DNA of 63,201 nt, counting the filler, from Phoronis australis (taxonomy: Eukaryota; Animalia; Phoronida): NCBI GenBank assembly GCA_002633005.1. It is 11 parts of 11 records of this genome, joined end to end, with 100 filler letters (N's around TTAATTAATTAA, not from the genome) between each part and the next. Parts side by side here need not be neighbours in the genome. Positions count along the whole stretch, not along the records: positions 53,380 to 56,233 come from NMRA01003375.1; positions 56,334 to 58,897 come from NMRA01003602.1; positions 58,998 to 63,201 come from NMRA01002665.1; 8 more parts are not named here. The stretch is one strand, 5' to 3'. Below the pieces are notes generated by a model. It was not told the origin of the DNA and searched no databases. It saw only the letters and a program-made list of their open reading frames with translations. The stretch's first letter is position 1. Each line of letters begins with the position of its first letter. Below are positions 54,565 through 63,201 of this stretch, in pieces. The position numbers and the translations under genes are program-made.

Positions 54565-56334
54565 GCACGTTGAAAGTAAAATAAAAGATACTTATACATT
54601 TACCATGTAGGTGAACGCGGGTGAATCCGTTTTTCACAACGCTCTTTGCTTCCATAAAATCCCTCGTATTAGGCAGGGCCTAATTCAATGGACGAACTTA
54701 GTAAATATCATTACACGGCTCTGGTCGAAAAGTTCCGTATCGTTATATTGTATTCTTGCTTGCTCGCAGTTCAATCTGATGCTTTTGTTTTCAAGATAAC
54801 GTCGACAGATTTTGACAAAGATACGCCAAAATTAAAGAAAACTCTTGCCAGAACTATTCGGCAGTGTAGTAGAAGTTGTGTCGCAACTAGCGTTGTTGGC
54901 GAGGTTTATTGTGACGTCATTGCTCCTAGCCGCTAGTTGTTTATTGATGCGTTGACTTGCGCAATAAGTTGTTGCGATTTCGACATTGTGAATGGAGCAA
55001 CTTTTATCTAAATTTGTCGAGAACTAGCAGGACTGAATTGAAAAGGTTTCTCGTCGGGGATAACTGAACCTTTTAATTAGCGGTTTTGTGCAAATTTCGA
55101 CGTTTTCCACTTTACTTTGAAAACTATAGTTTCTGGTAGTATACAAATGCGGACCGATCCCGTTAGCAAAATCATGTTGTCGAGTGGGAACAACATTACC
55201 ATTTCAAGATTCGTGTAGTCTGATATGACGGAGTTATCGGTATATGTGGGTCTTGTTATACGACTACTGATGTTTTTTATCCCCAATTTCATCGACAGTG
55301 ATTTTGATATGCCGTTTCCTGCTTGCGAAGTACGACGTCGTCTTCTCGTTAGCTTTATACAATCAGGTGTTTGGTCTCTGCAGCTTGTATTTTGGTCATA
55401 TCAAGAATATCGACGTCTAGTTGACGTCCGAGCGGCTTGAATTACGCAAATGATATTTCATGGCTAGCCGGGCAACGTCACCCCATAAAAGAGGTCATAG
55501 TACCGTGTTTCAAAATTAAAATCGAATTGGACCGTTTACTTTTGTGAAATCTGACTCACAATTCGTAATTTCCATTACTCGATTTGTGTTACTAAGAAGA
55601 ACACCGAATCTATCAGATACTCGAGAAACCTATTTTGAGTTTACTGGAGTTGGAAAACTCTAACATTAAGAATTCGAACACGGTGGTGCATGCGCATTGC
55701 CTGTCACTTGAACTGCCTATTCGTTTGGATTTGATAAGCGCTTTGGTTGAAAATTCAACTTTCGCAGCTAAGCAGGAGAGAAATTCCCCTTTAACCTTTT
55801 TAAGACCAATGTCGATTCAGATGTGATCTGAATTAGTAATAATAGCCTCACAACGATGAGCGAGTGCTCTGAAAGGATTGGGAGACTGTTGTAGTGAATA
55901 TAAGAGATTAGTGAGGAGGAGTGTTTTTTTAACCTGGGAGCGACATATTAGTCATGGGTGGACTTGTATCTGGTATTTTTTGTATCCTTCAACGTATTTA
56001 AGGGCTGCCGCTTTAACCTTGAAATTATTTCAAATTCGTGCGACAGATGGGATAATCGGTAGCCACCAGCCGGGGATGGTGGCACCCAGGGTAGTGAACT
56101 GAAGGGCGACAAGCTAGGGAGCCTAGAATATTTGCCGTGAACTGTGATATTTGGCAAAACCAAGTTGTGAATCTTGAAATCGATAGTTTAAAATGTCTGA
56201 TCCCTCACGTCCCCACTCCACCCCCCTCCACCCNNNNNNNNNNNNNNNNNNNNNNNNNNNNNNNNNNNNNNNNNNNNTTAATTAATTAANNNNNNNNNNN
56301 NNNNNNNNNNNNNNNNNNNNNNNNNNNNNNNNNG

Positions 56335-56480
56335 ACAAGGAAGCGTTTCATAGATCCAAGACATTTGTCAAGATCTAGCCGTGACAATGCAGTGTTTCAT
56401 AGATCCAAGACATTCGTCAAGAACTAGCGGTGACAAGGCAGTGTTTCATAGATCCAAAACACTCGTCAAGTACTAGCGGT
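56335..56480. repeat. 49-bp tandem repeat x3 (contig edge)
   Basis: Unit approx. GACAAGGCAGTGTTTCATAGATCCAAGACATTCGTCAAGAACTAGCGGT. Confidence 0.9.
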
Positions 56481-56899
56481 GGCAAAGCTTCTTTTATGCA
56501 ACAGAAACAGTGAACTTTATTCTACAATTCAACATCCCAACCTCTCCAACCAATTAATGGCAGCCATTTGGCTAGGTTTGTTAGTAAGGTCCAAAACAAA
56601 CTCCTAAAGCACTTGGCTTTCACTTGTGAAATTTTGTGTGATCATGCTTTTTCACAATATTCCAGTGTCTACAGAACGCACCTCATGACTCAATATCATT
56701 CAATGCATTTTAGAGTTCCACCATCAAGCAAGAAATCACCAATTTTCTACAAACTTAGATTGGTCTAAAAATAACCCAGGCAGGGATTTATAGTGCAATT
56801 ATCCAGCCTTCCAATTACAGACATAAACGAATGAATGAATGTGAATAAAGAACATTAAGGTGATTATTTTGTGGATATTTTGTTTATATTACAACTCAC

Positions 56900-57060
56900 T
56901 TCTGACAAGGGAAGACATGCTCAAGTTCAGGGTCGTCTTCACACCCTGTGATGACTATCTTTTCACAGTACCAGCCCTCTCCTGGTCCAGTTCCGTCATG
57001 TGACACGACACAATGGGTCAACGCCTCCAGGGACACAGCCTCCAGTAGGAATGTATCGAT
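56900..57060 (-). CDS. Multi-PLAT/LH2 protein (LOXHD1/RP1-like), internal exon C
   Basis: CTCAAG| IDTFLLEAVSLEALTHCVVSHDGTGPGEGWYCEKIVITGCEDDPELEHVFPCQ |GTGAGT; 161 nt, phase 0 to 2; PLAT C-half motifs HDG.G.G.GW and FPC. Confidence 0.92.
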
Positions 57061-57327
57061 CTTGAGATGAAAAATTCAAGGTCAAGTATGCCATGATATA
57101 ATGATTTCAACAGAAAGGTAAGACCTTCAGGTCAAAAAATGATTAATATAACAACTCTTACAGCAATTTGTAACATCCATTATGATTCTGAATACGATAA
57201 AATCTCAACAATTTCAGACAAAAGATACAGAGAGAAATTTCAGTCAACCATCAAAAACAGATTATTAGTTAATGGCAATATAAAACAGTTTAAGTCAGGC
57301 AAGTTATTGATAAATGAAAGTCATTAC

Positions 57328-57479
57328 TTGTCCTTCTTCAAACTTGTTGAGGTTTTCAGATTTGAACAGCAGTCTTCTGCCCGTGTCGCCGCGAGTTCCA
57401 AAAACATTCAAGAATACATTGGCGTCAGTGTCTGATCCAGGTAAATCTCCAGTAAACACTTGCACTATGTACTGAACAA
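57328..57479 (-). CDS. Multi-PLAT/LH2 protein, internal exon B
   Basis: TTTCAG| (V)VQYIVQVFTGDLPGSDTDANVFLNVFGTRGDTGRRLLFKSENLNKFEEGQ |GTAATG; 152 nt, phase 1 to 0; PLAT N-half. Confidence 0.93.
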
Positions 57480-58003
57480 CTGAAATAAAGACATCATAGA
57501 GCCATCAAAACACTCCATAGAAGGGTACAGCCAGTCTTTGCTGCTGAATAACATAGCTTTAGTTGGAAACACCTCGATTTTAACTCAGTGAAAGGATATA
57601 TTTTCTGAAAGTAGGAAGCCTGTATAATTTGGCTTTTGACGTTACACCAATCTGCCATTAATTCGGCCGCATGACCATGTGTTCTCAGTAAAATTTAGCA
57701 AAAAAGAAAGGTACATTGATAAGAAACAAATGGTATTAATAGTACGATCAAAAAATGAAACAGTTTTGTAAATTATCATTTTGTTTCATGCAAATTTTTA
57801 GTTTTTTCATAAATATCATATAAAGTCCCATTTTTGTTAGCCCCTCATGGAAAAGTGAATTATTTCAAAAACACTAACTCCGAACAAAATTTGAAGAAAA
57901 AAGAATTATCCGAAAGCTTCAAATGAATCCAATCAGCCATTTCTGTGATACCAACACTATGTCCAAATCCAGGCAAATTTTGCTAAGGCCCTATTTAGCC
58001 TAC

Positions 58004-58136
58004 CTGGCAAGACTGCCCGACCAGGTCGAATGGCTGGTAACTCCTTCAGTAGTGTTGGGTCCTTATTAGTCAGGGAAAACTGTTGATTGTACTTGAATTT
58101 TAGTACTTCTTTTGTGCTTATGTCTTGCAGTTTGAC
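58004..58136 (-). CDS. Multi-PLAT/LH2 protein, internal exon A (end of preceding PLAT repeat)
   Basis: TTTCAG| VKLQDISTKEVLKFKYNQQFSLTNKDPTLLKELPAIRPGRAVLP G|GTAGGC; 133 nt, phase 0 to 1; splices in frame to exon B. Confidence 0.88.
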
Positions 58137-58997
58137 CTGAAATGAGGAAGATTAAAATTCAATACAAACTTCAGTCTAACATAGAACAACATAAAAATGG
58201 CCATACCAATTTCATCCACTTTGGTGAGACACATACTTAGTTAAACATTAGTTGAACAAAAATGATTATCATATTACAGCTAGAGAATTGTGGTACATTT
58301 TCGTGGCCATCTGTTGACAGAAAAATGGCGCACGTTCATTGGAAAACTGGGGTGCCACAGTCCTCTGCAGATATCACACAAATCTCTAACCATGAAAAGG
58401 TCAATGTGATGACCCCTTGTTAAACAATGATAATGACTTACGACAGTTGACGAAAAAAGTGATGATACTTGGACGTCGACAACCTCTCAGATCGTCAAAG
58501 TAACAAATGCAAACATGCTATGTTGCTGGAGTTGCAAGGAGTTATTGAAGAAATGTTGAACTGACATTTTGTTCGTAACAGATTGAGAGAAAGATTGTGA
58601 AGTGACTTGCTCACTAATAAACGTATGTTACATACTTAACTTGTTTCTCTTTATTATCCCGTATAACTTAAAAATGGCAGATGCCAAGACCAAGTAGAAA
58701 CAGGACATGAGTTAAAACACTGTCTATAAAATCCAATGAAAATATTTACTAAAAACAATCAGTTCTCGAGCCTTACTGGGTACGTGTCTTCATCAGGTAT
58801 GAAGACAAGAGGCGCAAAAGACTTTTTATAGCAACCTTTTATGCCACTTATCTTTATACCAGATGAAGAGATGCGCCCATTAAGAGATGCGCCCATTNNN
58901 NNNNNNNNNNNNNNNNNNNNNNNNNNNNNNNNNNNNNNNNNTTAATTAATTAANNNNNNNNNNNNNNNNNNNNNNNNNNNNNNNNNNNNNNNNNNNN

Positions 58998-59235
58998 TAA
59001 TAAAGAATGTAACGTTTGACAACATATATATTAATTACGATAATTCCTCACTTATTTGGCAAACGATATGGCTGACAAGTGAAATGCTGTTTTATCAACC
59101 ATTGCTAGTGGTGAAGGAGAGAGGAGGCGTTAATTAATAAAGAATGTAACGTTTGACAACATATATATTAATTACGATAATTCCTCACTTATTTGGCAAA
59201 CGATATGGCTGACAAGTGAAATGCTGTTTTATCAA
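58998..59235. repeat. 138-bp-period direct duplication at contig start
   Basis: 58998-59098 is repeated at 59136-59235. Confidence 0.85.
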
Positions 59236-60416
59236 AAGTTTCCACAAAAATAAAGATACACAAAATTTTAGTTAGCTTAATTTATAATTGGAAAGTATGT
59301 TCTGTGACGATGTCATCAAACAACTTTCGGTAAATTTTCCATTATTTGCAGCAAAGACACCAGCTCTTGAAAAATGCAAAAATTTCAATTTTGTGCTGAG
59401 CAACTGGAGAATTATGGTTGATCTTTTTTCAAATGAAAGTTTCTTAATTAGCGTCAAAGTGGATGGAACAGTTCCGCACTTTTCATATTATCCAATTTAG
59501 GCCATAAAAATTGTAGAGACAAATCTATGCCTTGCTTTTACAGTGTAACATTTTATTTGTATTTTCTTAATGTAGCAGTTCAATTTTTGTGATAAGTAAA
59601 ATTCCGCAAAATTTACATAATATTCGGCAATAAGTGCGAAATATTCCGCANAATATTCCCGAGCCCAATGACTTGTAAGGAACGAGGCAAGATCAAGTTG
59701 CAACGGTAAGTGGGCGCAAAAAAATCTGTTTAACTTTAAATTTTAACCACCTCATTAGCCACAAATTCGCTCATGGTACAGCGGCATTTACAATTTGACC
59801 AACGTGCGCATGCTCTGTTGTCCCAAAGGTTGCGATAACAATACGGGGTTGAGGTTGTTGTGGCAAAGAGGACGGTGATTACATGGGGTTGTGACAGCGA
59901 TGGTGATGACGGTGAATAGTGACAGTGACGACGGCGATATATACGTGGTGCCGGTCGATGCGTGTTGTTGTTATTGTGGTGTGCCAGTGCTTAGGCTACA
60001 TTGCTCTCGCACTGTCCAACCCCAAGCTGCTGGTCCCAGGATCAATCACGTTCATATCGGGCCTTAATACCGCGATTTAAAAACAATGCACATGTAGGCC
60101 TATTAATTCCAGATAAACTGAGTCAGTGGGCGCCTAGTAACAGAACATGCGATGATTCACGATAAAGGCCCACCAGAGCTTCGATAATTCCACATACATA
60201 ACAGTAACAACATTAGATTCCTCCCACTGGCAGCTCAGCGACCAATATGTTGTAAACACAAGTCTCGCCCCTCTCCCCCCCCCCCTCCCAGGAGGACTGA
60301 CATTGTTTTCTGACGAGGAGGTCAGAATTTGGCGAAGGTGAAATTTGTTTGTTTGAGCTGGTACCTTTTCTTGGTCCCGGTTGGGACAACTCTGGTAGAA
60401 GTTCACGAAAACTAAC

Positions 60417-60544
60417 CCAGAACTGAAGACTGCTGCCGTCCATCCAACCTTTTCTTAGTGTTTGCTTAACACTTTCTACTTTATCACCGACACTCAATGA
60501 TAACAAAATGTTTCCACTCTTCTCATACTCGTTCAACTGAACTA
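60417..60544 (-). CDS. Possible SH3-domain exon or pseudo-exon
   Basis: TTCCAAG| VQLNEYEKSGNILLSLSVGDKVESVKQTLRKGWMDG resembles the SH3 pattern Y....LSL.VGD....GW..G; a GTTAGT donor follows 60417; a G..F.NF-like motif lies in a shifted frame. Confidence 0.38.
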
Positions 60545-60981
60545 CTTGGAAACATAAATTCATCAGGCACTTGTTGAGTACAAACATTAAAAGGGTCCGG
60601 GTATTTGTAATAGTCTACCACTAGGTGGCGATTTGCTTTTTAGAGCTTATTTTACTGCGATTTTGACCTACCATAGGCGGCGCAGCATCGAAATAAGTAA
60701 GGGGGTGGGGCTTATGATGTCTCATTTTCCAACTGACACTGAGGTCACGAGCTCGAATGTTGAAATGAAACACACTTTTCGACAAAAATACCAAGATAGG
60801 ACTTTTATTGAAGAGGTATTTTACAAAAATAGCTATTAACGATAGTCTTTAAATGAACTCTAAACTAACTTGGTCTCGCAAGTAAAGCAAGGGACCTTAC
60901 CAAAGGAATGTCGCATTCAAGTAAATCACATGGGTCTCATATCACACGAACGCCCTCATGCTCTCAATCTATTCAAAGGTT

Positions 60982-62252
60982 AACAAGAGCAACGCGGAGC
61001 GTTGAAATGCGCCCACGAATGCATTGCAAATGATGTGCTTTTAGGGTTATTTATTTGTATCATAAAAATGGCCACTAGATGGCGCAAAAACATACAACAT
61101 TCAAAAACAGGAACATGCCATATTTCATAAAAATCTGTCGAAGGAACTTCAGAGAAACGAGGGAAAACAGAATAAAATGAAATTGCCACTAGTGGGCAGT
61201 GTCCGTTGGATCCGCCTCAAAGTCGTCGTCTGTTGTTATCTACATATAAATACACTTACTAAATTTAGTAAAGATCCTGCAGTGGGTTTAGGAGATACAA
61301 CTATGGGCGCAAAACAAAATTACCACTAGGAGGCGCCACAGTAGTCACCATCATCAAAGGTCGACACTGAGAACATAGATGCTAATAATGATTTCGTTGA
61401 TACAGGGGTGGACACCAAAAATAAGATTTGAAAACAGCAAAAAATGGCCACTAGGTGGTGCAAAATATCTAGATTCCATCCAAAAACAGAAAGATAGCGT
61501 CATCACACCAATAGATGCCCATATTTAAAATTTTATGAAAATCTGTTGAGGACCTTTGAAGATACTGAGCTAAACGTAAAAAACTAAAATTACCAATAGG
61601 GGGCACAGCAGTGGTCGGATCTGTCCGAAAATCGTCGTCATCCGTAGTCAACATCATATAAATGCACTTGCAAAATTAAGTAAACATCCTGCGAACGGTT
61701 TAGGAGATACAGCCATAGGTGCAACAAAAACAAATCTGCCACTAGGAGGCGCCACAGTAGTAGAAATCGTCGGAAAATCATCGTCAACCGTCCTCTTTAT
61801 AGTAAGCACATACATGCCAATTTTCACAATCATCCTTTGAGCGGTTTGGTTGATAGAGGGGTGGAGGCAAAAAACAGACTCGAAAACAGTACAAATGGCC
61901 ACTAGGTGGCGCAAACTACGTCGAATCCATCCGAAAACGAGAGGATAGTGTCATCTTACTAATAGGTGCCTACATACCAAATTTCATGAGGACACAGGAC
62001 TTTTGAAGATACAAAGGTAAGCGTAAAAAACTAAAATTGCCACTAGGGGGCACACCGGTAGTCGGATCCGTCCGAAAGTTCGCACATGCCGTCCCATTTA
62101 TGAATGGAACATATGTGGCAAATTTCATGAACGTATGTCAAAGGGTTTTGGAGATAGAGCAGCGGACGCCGGACGGACGGACGGAAGAACGGACGGACGG
62201 ACAGAGATGACGGCATAATGCGTCCACATATAAATATGTGGGCGCATAAAAA
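60982..62252 (-). mobile_element. Non-autonomous Helentron (HINE-like) copy 3 with CTCF-like motif array
   Basis: Stem-loop 60990-61004, subTIRs ATGCGCCCAC (61007-61016) / GTGGGCGCAT (62238-62247), (GGAC)n at ~62164-62203, terminal palindrome 62218-62247; 8 motif positions. Confidence 0.88.
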
Positions 62253-63201
62253 TTAATATGAATGTTTGGTTGATACATTCAGAGTCGTGTGTTGCCAGGA
62301 CCCTACATTAATAAACCGAGGCCAAGTACAAAGCACGTCTTCAAAACTTAGATACACTAAGTTTACGGCATACTGATCACAGGGTCACCGACTCGGAGCA
62401 CGTTCTTAGGTATACGTATATTGTAATATCGGTTGAATTACCGTATATGTTATAACTGTGAATAGCACGTACGCGTACAATAAGCCATTCACATTAATTT
62501 ATATCTGATCACAATTCACCCACTGCTTTGAAAATAAACAATCGTTTGGATAATTTTCAGAAAGAACGTGAACTAAAATGCTAAGACATATCATAGTCCA
62601 GATTCTATTTCGAAGACTGCTTTTGTAAGAAAGAAACTCTCAACAGGAGAAGTTTGTAATGACACGTAAATAAATATAACTTTTACCCCTTGGAGTAGAC
62701 GCGAAACGCTAAGTATTGTGTTCTTAGTCCAAAGGGCTCGGCCTTGGTGCAAAGCTCTTTACTAAATTAAATATAAAACCTTGCGCCGTTGTGGGTAAAA
62801 ACTGACCGAATAAAATCTTCGTTGAGTAATCTAAATTATTTAAATATTCCCCTCTTCCCCCCAAGACCTTTTATGATACTTTGGTGCCACATTGGGAACT
62901 CCTTACCAGCGTCGCAAAAATTGATTTTCTACAATTATTCTGCTGCTAAAATTGTGGTGTGATCTTTTGCGTCGACTTTCGGCGCAGTGAAATGCATCAC
63001 TATTAGCCAGTTTCTTTTTCCCAGATTCTTCAGTGAAACGTTCTCCCTCGATGTTGCGTAAACGTCACAACAAATGATCAGAATTGGTTTCACTTCATTA
63101 TAATTATGTTTTTGGAATTTGATATCAGTAAACCGAATTTTAAACAAATTTTGCTGCGATGTTTTCATCATCTAATGGGAGATGTCCAAAAAATTCTGGA
63201 A

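Overview
AT-rich, repeat-dense eukaryotic DNA, inferred to be from an invertebrate metazoan, not a prokaryote. The window is a concatenation of 11 scaffold pieces joined by artificial 100-nt linkers (N44-TTAATTAATTAA-N44), so neighbourhood across linkers is meaningless. Almost all entries in the ORF track are spurious. Real coding sequence occurs as spliced exons, most of them missed by the track: the first coding exon of a BAK1-like pro-apoptotic Bcl-2 gene (26163-26401, -), three in-phase exons of a multi-PLAT/LH2 (LOXHD1/RP1-like) protein (56900-58136, -), the terminal exon of an SLC6 transporter (54355-54564, +), the end of a fibrinogen-related-domain gene (41975-42157, +) and a possible degenerate SH3 exon. 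Mobile DNA includes a Gypsy LTR+PBS(tRNA-Leu)+gag, CR1/jockey-type, L1/Tx1 and Penelope-like fragments, several MITE families and many minisatellites. The most striking observation is three copies of a non-autonomous Helentron (HINE/DINE-1-like) element. Its internal tandem repeat is a co-oriented array of CTCF-consensus motifs (CCACTAG[G/A][T/G/A]GGCGC) spaced about every 115-170 bp, i.e. a candidate mobile, expandable insulator cassette. Two of the copies bracket the BAK exon. The second is a 75-bp CAC...GTG element with 5-bp target duplications (Transib-like signature) present as monomers and dimers.
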